From: Glaucostegus cemiculus | Taxonomy: Eukaryota | Direction: 5' to 3' | DNA length: 64,000 nucleotides | Assembly: GCA_976551045.1 (NCBI GenBank) | Contig: CDPCPM010000180.1 | Coordinates: 4,216,001-4,280,000 of the forward strand | Part shown: positions 1 to 14,100 of the stretch, one piece after another | How positions within the stretch are numbered: the stretch's first letter is position 1 | How the letters are laid out: every line of letters starts with the position of its first letter | The notes under the pieces: generated by a model | Database searches by the model: none | Told to the model about the DNA's origin: nothing | Seen by the model: the letters and a program-made list of their open reading frames with translations, nothing else | Position numbers and translations under genes: made by a program

Positions 1-1029
1 GCCATTCAACAGAACATATGCATTCCTTAATTAAATTTTTCATTATGCCATCTCAAATACTTTTAGACATCCAATGGTTTTGCCCTTAATTCAGTTTTGT
101 AAGTTAATTTGAACATATGGAAAAAATAACTTTCTTCTGATATCTGTTTTATTTTTATTCTCCACTCATTTCTATTTTATGCTTGTCCTACTTTGTGAAG
201 TTTGAAGTAAGAATTTTGGTTAACCTTATGCATGTATTTCAAATATTCTAAATGTTATGATAATTCTCCCTGAATTAACTTCATTCTAATTTCTGAGCTT
301 GATCATCTGAACCTTTCCTCAATCTTGACACTCCTTTCTGTGTCTTATATAATTGGTGTACTTTCTTAATAACATAGTAACATAACACAACATCGGCACT
401 TGGATTTTCAATAGTTTTCCAACTTGGGTGCACAGATAAAGAGCCCATAAAGGCAATGCCCAGATATTCCTCCATTAATTTTAACAGATAAAAGTGTTTT
501 GAGTTCTTAACATGCAAGCTTTATACTTTTAATTTCATCCAGGTGATTCGAATTTTGATCAGAATTTTATTAAAATTTTCCTAATGTTGTAAATCCACAG
601 AAGAAATTTTCTAAACATCCTGCTCTACTTATACATTTTTAGTTTCTTTTTAACTATATTTTCTTCATTGTTTTAACATTAAACACAGTTAACTCTAAGG
701 TCTCTTTCCAAATTGCCAAATGTGTTCTGTTCACTGTAACTTATACTTTTGATCTATGTTAAAAGTTCACATTTAATTGTGTAACACTATGTGACTGCCT
801 TTATTGGCATGGACACTTCTGTATAAATGAACAATTGTCCATTCCTAACTGCAGCATACACTCATGGGCATTACAAGATGAAAATCATTATTGTGCATAT
901 AATGTGCTTTCTAGTCACATGATGTAATGATTCCATATGGCACAATATAATAACAGTGGGCATCAGCAGAGCCTTCAGCAAGAATTTTTCAGAAAATGGA
1001 AGGAAAACTTGTAAACTTTCAGAAAAAGA

Positions 1030-1228
1030 AAATGAAAAACTGCAGATGCTGGAAATTGGGAATAAAAACCAAGGCACAGCAGGTCAGGCAGCATCTGTGC
1101 AAAGAGAAACAATGCTTTAGGTCTGAGACCCTAATGTCAGAACTAATGACATGAAATGTTATCTCAGTTGCTCTTTCCACAGATGCTGCCTGGCCTACTG
1201 AGTGTTTCCAGCAGTTTCTGTTTTTATA
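1030..1228. repeat. Palindromic interspersed repeat (GCAGATGCTGG family, MITE-like)
   Basis: cagcaggtcaggcagcatctgtgcaaagag is inverted against ctctttccacagatgctgcctggcctactg. Related copies at about 7080, 17415 and 26640. Confidence 0.7.
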
Positions 1229-2367
1229 GTGAAGTTTAATACTTGGCATATGAATGCCAGCATCTTGAATCAGCATTAGGATCCTTCAGATAAAGGTCAA
1301 AAGGAGTCCTTATCTCTAATCTTACTGTGCAATGTGTTATAAAGCCAAAATCCAGTAACTATTTTGATGGAACTTTAATAACCAGGTTTCTGAATGCAGC
1401 TTATGTACTTTGTTTGAATATCTCCTCAGGATGGAAGTGTATCAGGGACAATCACTTCTTTCCAAATATCTGAACTTGCTACTGTTACATTGTCTAATGA
1501 TTTAAAAATATTCTGCGGGTGTAACTAAAATATTCTGCAGTTATTGCAAATTACTCTTGTGCTACTCCAAGTGAAGATAGCTTTTTTTATGTCTTACTCT
1601 GGTTTCCTGGTTTGAATGTTGTCGATCTGGTGATCTGTACCTGACAACTATGGTATACCACCAAGAATACTGACATGCTTGCTGCCTTGTCACAAAGATT
1701 TCTATGCATCTTCACTTAACCGCAATTATTATGCTCCATTCACAGGTAGTTTGCTTTCAGCATGAAAGAGACTGACAGGAAAGATCACTTTTAGCAAGAT
1801 TTTAGAAGATTACAAGCATTTCCTTGTGATTTTCAATTAAAGCGTAGCTCTGTATTCAAAGGGGGAGAGTTATAAATTTGAGTTATAATGAGATGACCAC
1901 CTGGACAGGCTCTCACACTACATGGTTTCAGATCCGTTAGAGGGCACGTCAACCTTGACAACACATTGTGCTGCAAATTTTGTGTCATTTTCCATTGACT
2001 AGAAAGAGGCATCATTTTTATACCCTCACAGAGTTATCATGGGACAGCAGTTTTTCTTGGAAAAAGTGAGAATTGTTTTTCACTTTCAGGCAAGATAAGC
2101 CTTAAGAATATCAACAAATGGAATTAATCACATATGAAATTCATCTGATGATAACATGAAACACAGGGACAATCAACAAAAGCCAGGGGGTGGGGGAAAG
2201 GTTTACAGATGGGAAACCAGGAAGTATGCATTCCCTGTGCATCTGAACATATTTTATATTTGAGAGCCAGCCAGGTTCACAATATTTTTTTTCAGAAAGT
2301 AAATTTGGTTGTTTGGGATCTTGGTTTGAGGGGGTTGGGCTAGGGGGTCAGGGGTGAAATGCACGGT

Positions 2368-2580
2368 GATAAGATAAGATAAGATCTTTATTAGTCACAT
2401 GTACATTGAAACACACAGTGAAATGCATCCTTTGCGTAGAGTGTTCTGGGGACAGCCCGCAAGTGTCGCCACACTTCCAGCGCCAACATAGCATGCCCAC
2501 AACTTCCTAACCTGCATGTCTTTGGAATGTGGGAGGAAGCCGGAGCACCTGGAGGAAACCCACGCAGACACGGGGACATG
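2368..2580 (-). mobile_element. 5'-truncated tRNA-derived SINE with a (TCTTA)n tail
   Basis: Highly similar to 61777-62071. Has the tail gataagataagataag and the V-SINE-like core tgtgggaggaagccggagcacctggaggaaacccacgcag. Confidence 0.85.
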
Positions 2581-3029
2581 GGGGTGTTTCAGAGAGGAAG
2601 ATTGAGTACTCCTGTTCCTTCTGTTCCCAAGCAGTATAATAAAAGTAATGAGATGCCACTTCCATCTCTGCTCACCTCCTTTCAAGTTGCCATATTTTCC
2701 AAGGCCAAGGGAATCCTACCTGAAGAAATGAAAACTCCACCCGAACAGTGACAAGTAAAAGAAGTATTTACTTTTTAAAGTAGGCTTATCAAGTTACACA
2801 GAAGTGCAGTAAATCTGTGGAGTGGATGACTTTTCAGTGTTTGCAACAGATGACCACAAATTTGACAAAAGGAGGTAGAATGGGAGAGTAAACCGGCAAA
2901 GAAAATGAAAGGACAAATCCGAGGAGCTTCCTTTCCTTCAAAACAAAATAGCAAATAAATGTCGGTCTCTCAGCAGCGAGGGAGGAGAATTATAATGGGG
3001 ACTAAAATAATGGGTTAATCATTAAACAA

Positions 3030-4970
3030 CGTGTTATATCTGTAAATGTCAAAAATAAAATCAGAACTACTATGTGAGTCAGTTAGGAACTTAAAGTAAA
3101 TAAAATTAATAAAGAGAACATAAAATCACTTGGACTCAATAATTTTCATCCTATGGTTCTAAAAAGAGCTGTAAAAGTAGTAAATGCATTGGTGATACAT
3201 GACAAAATCCCTTTGCTTCCAGAGCAGACCCAGCAGACTAAAAGGTAGCAAATGTAACGCCACTATGCAAGGAAGGAGGAGAAAAATGAAGACTATAAGC
3301 CAGTTGTTCTGACATCAGTTGTCAACAGAATACTGGTCACTACTCTCAATATTATGTTCAGAAGATACTTAAAGATCATAATATGATTAGGCTAAGCCAA
3401 TAGGGTTTTATGTAACCAGGAGATTAAACAAGGAGGAGTCTACAAATGTAGAATATTTGGATTTTCAAAAAGCTTTAGAGAAAATGATATACAAAAGATT
3501 GCAAACAAAGTAAGGGCCTATGGTGTTAGAGGTATCATAATGGCATTGGCAGAGGTTTGGTTGTAGGACAGAGAGCAGAGATTAGGGTCTTTTTCAAGTT
3601 AGCAGAAAATGAAAGGCAAACTATCACAGACATTAGCTAAGCCTTACCAATGTACAATCTATGCCAAGGACTTCAATGAAAGATATAAAAATGGGTGTAA
3701 ATTGTCAAGAAGATATTAAGAGTCTCTAACGGTTGCAACGGCTAAGTCAGTCATAAAGAAGATGGAAGGGAGTCTATGATGCAGGGAAACATGATGGGTT
3801 TTTTTCACTTTGGTAGGAAAAATTCAGAAAACAGAAAATTGCTTTTAAATGGTGAAAAATTTGTAAATTTTGGTGTACTAATGGATCTTGGGATGCTGGC
3901 ATATGAAGTGTAGGGTGAAATATATGTGAAGCAGGCAATTAGAAAGCTAAGTGTAATGTGGGCATTTATTGCAAGAGGGTTACAGTATTTGAGTAAGGAA
4001 ATCGCTGCAATTTTATAGCACTCTTATGATCACATCTGGAGTATAGTTTTGATCTCAAATGCTTAAGGAAACGTATTCTGACTTTGAGGCAGTGCAGTGT
4101 AAATTCATTAACTTGATCCCTGGGATGAGGGTTACCCCATGAGGGATTTTTTAAAAATATTTTTATGAGAGGGAGAAATCACTGACAGGGCAAGCATTTA
4201 TTACCTATCCTTATTTGCTAATGGGAAGGTGATAGTGAGCCACTTTATTGAACTGTTGCAATATTTCTTGTTGGATTCTTTCAATTTCTATTTTGATGCT
4301 GGTAGAGGTTTCCAGGATTTAAAAAAAGAACCATATTTCCAACTAGGTCGATACCCGACTTAGAATGGTGAGTGGTGGTGTTCCCATATATCTATTGCCT
4401 TCTTCTTCTCAGCAGCAGAGGTCAGGGGTTTGGGAAGTGCTGTTGGAGTAGACTTAGCAACTGTAGTACACTTCTGGAGAAGTTCACACAACAGCCACTA
4501 TGTACCAGTAATAGGAATGAGCGTTTAGTATGGAGCCCTTATTTGGATAGTCTCAGGGTTCTTAAATGTGGCTGAAACTGTACCTCTTCAGACAAATGGA
4601 ATGAGTACTATTGAGGTACATTCACTGGAATTTAAAAAAGAAAGGTGATATCATTGAGATATTTGAGATTCTAAGCAGGATTGCTAGGGCAATGCTGAAA
4701 GGTTTCTTCCTCTAACTGAACAGTCTAAAACCAAGTGGTATAGCCTCATTTAGGATAGATTATGAAAAATATCTTCACACAGTGAGGTCTATACCTTTAT
4801 CATTCTCAGCCCTGGAAGGCCATGCATTCTCAGTCACTGAGTACATTCAAGACTGAAATCAATAGATTTTCAAACAGTGAGGGAATCAAGGGAAATAGTG
4901 ACGAGACAAGAATGTGGACAAAGTACAGGATTAGTCATTTTATTGAATTGCAAAGCAGGCTAGGGAGGCC
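3030..4970 (+). mobile_element. Decayed CR1-type LINE ORF2 (RT to 3' end), interrupted at about 4150-4610
   Basis: Degenerate CR1 RT motifs (gcaaatgtaacgccacta, ttggattttcaaaaagcttt, cacatctggagtatagt). Similar to 9820-11110, 60000-61050 and 62600-63428. Many stops. Confidence 0.75.
4150..4610 (-). mobile_element. 3' end of a second LINE family (L2/CR1-group) inserted antisense in the CR1
   Basis: Reverse-complement similarity to the 3' part of 49700-50372 and similarity to 40960-42110. Confidence 0.6.
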
Positions 4971-4984
4971 TAATCCTCCATTGA

Positions 4985-5400
4985 AGATTCAGTAAATCAT
5001 TTCTTGGGATGGTGGGTTTGAAATGTAAAGAGAAATTGACTTGACGAGACCTGCTTTCTCTGCAGTTTATATGCTTGGGAGGAGCTCTAACTGAAATTTA
5101 CAAAATGTTTACAGGACTTGACAGGCCAGATGCAAGGAGATGTTTCTTCTGGCTGAGGAGTCTAGAATTCAGAGTCATAGTCTCAGAATAAAGGATAGAT
5201 TTTTCACTCAGAAGGTGATGAAGCTTTGAATTCTCCCTCCCGATGACTGTGAAGGCCCAATTACTGCATTCATTCAAAACAGGATTTGATGGATCTCTGG
5301 ACACTAAGGGAATCAAGGGATATGTAGTTAGTACAGGAAAAGGACACTGTGGTTGATGATTTGCCATGACGTTGATGAATGGTGGAATGGACTCTTATAT
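4985..5400 (+). mobile_element. CR1 LINE 3' fragment
   Basis: Contains ttttcactcagaaggtgatg...gaattctc...aagggaatcaagggata, matching the 3' ends of the other CR1 copies. Confidence 0.7.
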
Positions 5401-5699
5401 TCCTTTTATTTGTTTTATTTTCCAATTCTCAGTTGCCTGCAGAAGGTGAAATTAAAACACTAGTTGAAGTGAAACATCCTTAAAATATTATACAGACACC
5501 AGATTTTTCCCCTACATCCCAACACCAGCACACTCCACTCCCTCATCCCATCCAATCTGCACTTGTTATGACCAGAGTGATTGTGTTGGAAGTGAATGTT
5601 GGTCTGTATTTCCAGACTTGGTTTCACCACGAAAGGACGACATTTCAGCCTCTTGACTCTATGATGGCACACAACGCAATCCCATTCCTCCACTAGTTT

Positions 5700-5960
5700 T
5701 CTCCTGCAACATATTCTTCTCCTGTTCCTATCAGCTCCTCACAGATCCAAAAATCCACCTGCACACTGGTTGTAATTCGCAGTGACCACTGAACCTAAAA
5801 ACCTGAAATGTGGCAGGAAACAGAAGCACCCAGGGGAAACTCACACAGTCTCAGGGAGAACATGCAAGCTCAAACAGAGAGTACTGAAGGTCAGGATTGA
5901 ACCCAGGAAACTAGAGCTGTGAGGTAGCAGCTCTACTAGCTATATCACTGTGCCACTACT
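5700..5960 (-). mobile_element. tRNA-derived SINE (V-SINE/HE1-like)
   Basis: gtggcaggaaacagaagcacccaggggaaactcacacagtc...gtcaggattgaacccagg (box B on the minus strand)...cactgtgccac. Confidence 0.75.
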
Positions 5961-7077
5961 CAGCTTCCCTGTCTCCTAGTTGGAAAAGATTAAAGAATAC
6001 ATATGTTGCACAATTAATGACTATCATACATCATTAAGAGCACAATAAGTTAATAAATTGCTGCCCAAATCTCAGTTCACTGAACTGAAGGAGCACTGAT
6101 TTTATAAGCTTCTCTGCTATGCTGCCTAATTCAATGTTGTTTTTGCTGACAAAATCGTTGAAGTTTGTGCACTAAAAATTATATTTCTGTTGATCATGAC
6201 AAATAATAAATGTTCTTTTTTTCATATTTACAACTAGTATTTACTCAGAGAAACAAATGTTTTTATATATTCATATGTTGATGTAATAAATAATGAGTAG
6301 CAAATAAATGGTTTCTGATTTACTTGAAGCTCAGCAATTTTTATTATACTGCTACTGTAATTGCATTTTTGTTAGTGAGCATTGTAGAGGACAATAGTGA
6401 TGATATCAATTTCTATACATATTCTGTTATACATCACAAAGTTTTCATGGTTTACCTTGTTCAGCTAAGCCTCATGGAATGATGTTAAGGGAATCCGGAG
6501 CTTCTAAGTATTTGTAAAGGCCTCAAGGCAAGTGGACTCTTACAGAAGGTTACAATAGGGTGGAATCAACAATCAATGTACAGGTACAGGTGTGTTAACC
6601 TTTTAACTTCTGACTGTTCAGGGAAATAGAAATCACATAAGCAGGAAAATATTCTGGCTAAATAATTTTAAATGATTTATGTAATTAATTCTGAAAATAA
6701 AAATAAAACACAGTACAGTTTCCCTCAATAATTCATAAATTCAATCTCAAATTGCAGAAGAACAATGTTGTGTCAGTTTACATCAGAGCAGCATGCTAAT
6801 TTGAAACAGACTGCCTTGCAGCCAGCAAACAATAGAACCCCTATTTATGCTCCCTGTTTTTACTCTGAGGGATAAATTACAAGTAATGTAGTGACATATT
6901 TTATGAAACATAAAATTATTCTTAAATATACTTTGAAGAAAGGAACAGTTTTTATTATGTTATTGTGTGTCTTATTACACTTCCCTTAACATATTTATTA
7001 CTTTTGTGGAAAATATACTGACAACACAAGTTTGTAATAGTTAGAAATTCAGCACATTCATAACAGAGAGTTGACAA

Positions 7078-7285
7078 TAAAAACAAGAATCTGGAAACAC
7101 TCAGCAGGTCAGGCAGCATCTGTGGAAAGAGAGAGATAACATTTCAGATGCAGGTTCAGTTCTGATGAAAGGGCCGGAACATGAGATGGAAGCTGTTTCT
7201 TGTTCCACAATCGTTGCCTAGCCTGCTGAGCATTTCCAGTATTTCCTGTTATTATTTCAGATTTCCCAACATCTGCAATTTTTTT
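7078..7285. repeat. Palindromic interspersed repeat (same family as 1030-1228)
   Basis: ctggaaacactcagcaggtcaggcagcatctgtggaaaga is inverted against tgttccacaatcgttgcctagcctgctgagcatttccag. Confidence 0.7.
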
Positions 7286-7352
7286 GTTTGATTTTAGTTA
7301 TGAATAGGTATTGGTTAAAAATCAAGTTTTACTTATTCTGGAATTCTGTTTG

Positions 7353-7761
7353 TGTCACAATGTTGATTGAAGAGCAAGATCACAGAGAACCCAAATGCAG
7401 CACATTGGTACAAGACTGGAGTCAGGATACTTCCTCAGGACCGGACACAGGCAATGCTGGAAGGAAATCTTGCCTCAGAGATCTGAGTAGTAATCCCAAC
7501 ACAAACTGAATCTTCAAGCAGGACTAGAGAACACAGGACTGCTCTGGAGTAGACCACACTAAGCAGCTAGGAACCAAACTGAACCTTCAAGGTTGAGCAA
7601 TCCTCTGGCAACTAGTGCTAGAGAAACCCAGGTACTTATGCTAGGCCCCTGATGGGGCTCAGGTGTGTGTCATTATGCAATCAGTCCAGCATGGAATCCA
7701 TGTGCTGTACAACAAGGCATCTAAGGAACCAAATCAAGGGCCAGTACTCAGAATCATGACG
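7353..7761. mobile_element. Solo LTR (409 bp) with 5-bp target-site duplication
   Basis: Begins TGTCAC and ends CATGACG (degenerate TG...CA inverted termini). Flanked by the direct repeat GTTTG at 7348-7352 and 7762-7766. Internal direct repeat aaactgaa(t/c)cttcaag. Confidence 0.7.
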
Positions 7762-9819
7762 GTTTGAGAACAGTACCTAAAGTAGGTAACATTAGAAGAA
7801 GTATTTAATCTCTCAGGGAATTGTGCACAGGAAATCCAGGAGACTGGGTTACTTGATCAATTTCAGCACAAAGAAAATCAAGGGCACAAAGACGATTGTA
7901 AATGATTGAACACTGATAGTCCTGGATATTGAGGTAAAGTGTTGCTCCCATTAGATTTTTCCATCCAATTCCCCATGCTTTCAGCTACCATCTTCCCTCC
8001 AAGGCATACCCTAGCTTTGCAACTTCTCACTATCCCCTGCACTGCTCACCACTGACCACACCTCCTTGAATAACTGCTCAACCACTGTATCACCTCTCTC
8101 ACCTTGTTCCACCATTTCATCCTATCTGACTAGATATATGCTATCTTTCACATATAATATCTTTATATACAATCTTTCATCCTACCTTCTAGATATGCGC
8201 ACCTACCACCCCACCTCACTAATTTCCCCCAAATAGACTTCTCAAATTCAATCCACGGCCCTCTTCTATCCACAGGTGTTTATTATCATTTTCGAAAATA
8301 CAAAAATAAATCAAATTAAGAAGATCACTCTCGCTCTTTGCATTGTCTCCAATAACGTCTCCATCTGTGTGTATGTTTCACACTAGTACAATCTGATGTG
8401 AAAATTAGTCGAGTTGTCATTCAAATTAATGTTTGTTGTTAATCTATAAATATGATTCTTTCTCACTCTCTTCTGTCTTCATCATTTTAAACCCTGTTCT
8501 AAAATTTACAGAATATAAAAAATCCAATGATAAACATGAAATAAGTATTGTCTCTCTGTGTTGTTTCTCTCATACATAGGTACAGAGATAAAACAGATAT
8601 AAACCTTTTTTTATTAATGAAAAATACTTTCAACTGTAGATTTTGAATTTGCCTTCCAGTGTTTTTTTCCACAAACAGTTTATAAAAGGGCCAATGGATA
8701 AAATATTCCGCAGAACAGATGGCTGAAAGAAATTGATGCATTCTGGGAAATATTTCATATTCAGTATTTATATTATTCAGATTGAACAATCCGAATTTTG
8801 ATTGTGCAATCTGAATTACATAACATCTTTGAGTTTAATCCCAGGTTCTTACAAGAGAATAAGGTCTTGAAATAAAAACTTTGATGAAGGTATTATAAAG
8901 AAATGCAAATGAGAATTATTTTAATTGTGTAAGTTAAACATGTAACTGTTGAATACTTTTAATTAAATTCTTATTTTGAGGTTGGGTAAAGGAACTTATC
9001 GTAGGAAAGGTTACAACAATAATGTGGTAAAGATATGACAATGTGGTGTTACACAACACACAAACACACATATGAAATAAAGGAATTATGTATATATGTA
9101 TATGAAATATGTAGATATTCTTTTCAAACAAAGTTTTAAATGCACTGGTGTTGACTGATTTTAGATGCTCCCATTATTTTATTATTCAATAGTTGTTGCT
9201 AACATTTTGTTCAAACAGACTGCAAAATATCTGTATTTATTTTGACTTAAAGTGACAGATTTATAAGAATAATGCTTCTGATGCATTACCAGCATGACGG
9301 AGGAGTTGACTTGACACAACAATGATGACGTAAAATTGTGGTATCCTTTTTGATTTGGATTTAGTAATTCTTTAGGTAAAAATAGACTGATTTCAGCTCC
9401 ATGCTGTATTAGCTGATGATTAACATTTGGAACCAACAGAATATGAATGAGAATATGAATGAGTTCTAATTACTTTTCTTACCACTGCAAGCCCAAAACT
9501 CTTAAGTTGTTAAGGACAATTTTATTACCAATAGCTGGATGAAATGAATTGCATATATCTGGTTACCTTCAAAAGTTAGCCAAGTTGTGTGCAAAGTATG
9601 TGGAGTGATAGCCTTTGTAACAGCCAACGATTGCAGGTGAAGAGGTACTGTCTAATGCTATCTCACACAGACAGCACCAGATCTATAACTATATTTTATG
9701 ATATAGAAATTAATTCTCCTTTTTATTGCATATTGATTTCCTTCAGTATCTTTATTTGGAAGGGCCAATTTATTTTGTTTTGAGAATAACATGGTGTATT
9801 GTTTGCATGGAAACTCGAG

Positions 9820-11110
9820 GCCAGTTAGCTTAACATTAGTCAGAGAGAAAATATTGAAAGCCACAATTAAATATGTTATCTCAGGGTACCTGGAAAAATT
9901 CAAGGTATCAGGCAAAGTCAGCATGTTGTTCTTGTGAAAGGGAAATCATGTTTGACCTATTTATTGGAGTTCTTTGAAGCAGAACATGTGCAGTGGGTAA
10001 ACAGGGATTTTGGATGTGCTATATTTTAGAGTGCCAGAAGGCATTTGATGAGGAGCTGAATAAAAGCTTATTGAGGATCATAAAAAAATCATGGTGTAGG
10101 AGGTAACATTTTAAAGTGAATGGAAGATTGGCTGGCTAACAGGAAATGGAGAGTAGACATAAATGAGACAATTTCTAGTCAGAAAGATGTAATGAGTGTT
10201 ATTCCATTACATGAATGAGTTGGATGAAAATACCAGAGATATGATTGTTTAATTTTCTGATGTCACAAGGACATGTTGAAAAGCAAGTTGTGAAAAGGGT
10301 ATAAGCAGACTACAAAAGGATATTGGTAGACTAAGTGAGTGGGTGAAGATCTGGCAAATGGAGTATGATGTAGGAAAAATAAAGTTGTTCATTTGACAGC
10401 TAAAATATATTTTAAAAATCTAAGTGGTGCAAGATTGCAGAGCTCTAAGATGAAGTCGTATCTTGGTGTCCTGGTACGTTGTTCACAAAATGCTCATAAT
10501 TAGGCACAGCAAGTAATTAAGATAGCTAACGTAATATTATTGGTCTTTGCAGAGGGAATTGAATGCAAAGGTAGGGAAATTATGGTCTTGTTATATAGCG
10601 CACTGCTGATATCACATCTGGAGCACTGTGTACTGTGTTTGTCTCCTTACGTAAGGAAGGATTCAAATGCATTGAAAGCAGTTTAAGTTTACTAGGCTGA
10701 TGGCTAGACTGTCTTATGAAGAAAGGCTGGACAAATGAGACTTGCATCCAATGGACTTTAAAAGAGTGAGAGGGGTCTTGATTGATCCATAGAAGATCCT
10801 AAGGAATCTTGACAGGGTAGATGTGGAGAGGGTGTTCCCTTTTGTGGAAGAATCTAAATCAAGAGGTCACAGTTCAAAAATAACAGAAATTGGGTGATTT
10901 TTTTTCTATTTGAGGGTTGTGAGTGTTTGGAACTCTGTGCCTCAAAGAGTGGTGAAAGCAGATTATCTGAATATTTTTAAGGTGAAGGAAAATAGGTCCC
11001 TCGTCAATAAAAGGGTGAAAGGTTATTAGAGCAAGTGGAATTGCAGAATCAGCTAAGTTGAGATATTACGGCAAAGCAGGTTTAGGAGGCTGAGTGGATT
11101 ACTCCCACAA
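9820..11110 (+). mobile_element. Decayed CR1-type LINE ORF2 3' portion
   Basis: gggaaatcatgtttgacctatttattggagttctttga, ccagaaggcatttgat, tggcaaatggagtat, cacatctggagcactgtgtac and a 3' end matching other copies. Confidence 0.8.
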
Positions 11111-14100
11111 TTAATTTGTATGCTCATAGATGAGAGAAGATATTTGTTAATCTATTTACAATAATGTGCCGTGGCTCATTGTCATGCAGACAATAGTAGA
11201 ATTATGTGATTGCCTCACTGAAAGCATTAAAAATCTATGCTTATATTTCCATTCTGAACAAGTGAGACTGGAAAATATCTAACAGTTTTATTTTTTGCAA
11301 GGCTGGCAGCTTACAAAACTAATAACTTTAATGAAAACAGCTTCATTGTTAAAGGCACCATCAGTCCACTTGTTGAGTTCATCCATCCTTGGATTTGGTG
11401 CTGCACATGAATTGTAAAGATTTGAAATGTAACCCTATTCATCTCCCCACCCCTTTTTTCCCTAAATAAACTCAGTAAGAAAAAGGTTTGCAAAGACCAC
11501 CGCAGTGTGGCAAGGGTTATCTGAGCTTTTTTTTTGCTTATTTTTTTCTTGCTGCTTTCACATAAGATTACAGTTACATTGTGCTTTGGAGTAAGATGCA
11601 CCTAAATACAGCTAAAAGTTGTGTCGAGCATCGATGGGTGTGTCTGTTGAACTCTGTGACTTGCTGTTCCCAGCTGGACAATGCCATTGTGCAGATATTC
11701 ACCCAATGCACTCATGAAACTGGATAAATGGATTAGAGGGATCAGAGACACCGCCGGCATCTTGAAAAGGAAAGCAGCAGCTTACAAAAGGGATGACATT
11801 TGTGTATCAGGGCAGAGGGTGTGTGAATACTCTGCCTCTGCTAAAGGGACAAGACAAGTGATAAACTTTTAACAGTAGCTACCTTAATCTGTTTTATTTC
11901 TCCAGTCAGATGAAAGATTTCTTATTGAAGAATTATTTGCAACCTGTATGGAGTCACCAGGAGTAAATAATAATAAATTAAAAGAGCTCATAAATTGCAC
12001 ATAATTGTGCTTTGTCAGTGATGAGCCAACACTTGCTTTGAAATGTGAAATGCTGCTGTACCCCCTTGATAATAAGCAGCAGTCTCGTTTAAAATAGCAC
12101 AGCACTCAATTTTACAACATAAAAGAAAGCTTTTAAAACTGAAATTACGCACGTTTGTATAAAATGCATCATGCATCCAAAGTGGCAATTTTCAGTGTTC
12201 AATTATGTATAATCATACAATATGGAAATAACTTGTCTGTTTTTAATTACCGTTTAATTTTTCTCTGGGTTGCAAAATATGGGTTATGTCAGCCATCCAA
12301 CATACTCTTTCAGGTTAAAACAGATAAAATTCATTCTTTGCTGAAGATTCATAAGTAAAGTCAGTTTACAATTCAATGCGCTCCAAAGAAAGTAACTGGA
12401 ATTTTATGTCCATATTAAACGAAGGATTTGTAGACAGTTTTAATTTGCTCTACTTAACATCAATTTAAATACCTTCAAGTAATGTTTAGACATATACTAA
12501 CTGTTCTAATTATTTTACTTGAACACCGGGCGAAACTTCAGATCGAATGCAATAGAACCATTGGCCAATGACCTATATAAGTAGCCAGGAATATCATTCC
12601 TAAAAATGTCCATAATTATGCCGTCAAAAAACGATATATATACTTATAACGTCTTATCGAGTTTAGCCCGTAAATTAACGATGAGATTATTACTTCCATT
12701 TACAATCTGGCTACTTGTTGACGACTCCGCAAATGCACATTATTGTGCTGAGACTGGACCGCCAGATTTGCAGTAGATTTTATTTTCTATTCCCCTCGTG
12801 CCGTGTTTTCTTGTAGAGGAGCAGCGACTGTTATTAATGAAAAAAAAAAGTTCCTGACAGTTGTAATTCAATAACCGGGATTAAACCAGGCGCCTGTTAT
12901 CCTTAAATACATTGACTATTTTATAACCTGTTCTGGGGAATGACTAAACTTCAGGCTCTGTAAAACTGTTTGGCGCCATTGCAAGGCCATATCCCAAGCG
13001 GTGCAAGAGCAGACTCCGTTTCCCTCCCTCTTCATCCTTTCATCTTGGAGATTTTATTTTCCACTTTCTACCACTGCCCTTTTATCAATATCAAACCACA
13101 CATCTTTTAACCATATGACTTTCTTCTGTGTGGCCCTGTCCGCTTTTATTTTTTTTCAAATACTACTTCTAATATCCACTTGCAAAGCTTCTTTCCTCCC
13201 TTTACTTGACAATATGAATTATTACTCACTAGTTTTCCAACACTGTCCCAAAGCTGCTTCTAGATAATAAAAAAAAAAGCCACAAACCTCTTATTGGCAC
13301 CATTTGGTTTCTGAGGGTAATATCGTTTATGCATAAAACAGTTACTGTAGTTCTAATTATTGTTAAGATTAATAATTTAAAACATTAGACAGTCACCGTC
13401 CCTGAGGCAACCTGCATTTATTGTGTGTGTATATTATCCTTGGTTCCACTATTTGGATAATGCTATTGATATTCATTCATTGGCCATTTATTATGATTAT
13501 TAATAATGATGTGTTTATATGTGTTTATTGTGGAGTCGTGGATTGACTAATACAGTGTTCCATTAACGGTTGTTATCTACCGTTCGCCATTCCCCACATC
13601 CTGGTGGGATGCAATAAAATATCGCTGCAAGGAATAGAATAATGAGGGATTCAACCGTGATTATTGCTCATTAGACACTTCACTGTACATTTATTACTAA
13701 ATGAATAATTATATCCATATAAAACCATAGTGGTATAGCTCAGGGCCAAAATAAGTCACTAATCTCAAGCTGGCTTGTAACAATGCAAATAAATGTGACA
13801 CCAGGAGGTTATTTTATACGACACTGTCTAGCAAAACGTTTTCTTATGTGTATAAAAGGTGGAGGGGAAAAAAAAAGCAAATTTGATTTGTTGAAGCGAA
13901 TGTGTATTTCAGCGAGAGATTCTTAATGGCTCGGGCAGTAATATTGAACTAATCGGCCCCGTTTTATTAATAATCATTCATCAGTTGTTTAAGTAAGAGT
14001 CTGTTTGACATTTCAGTGTTGGGCATGACTGCAGGGACTTCTCTCGAGTCATTTACAAGGACGGTTGGAACTTTATAGCGTATGATTCATAGAGTCTTAT

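Noticed and set aside
1-780. Possible antisense CR1 remnant
   Set aside because: Too decayed to support by eye.
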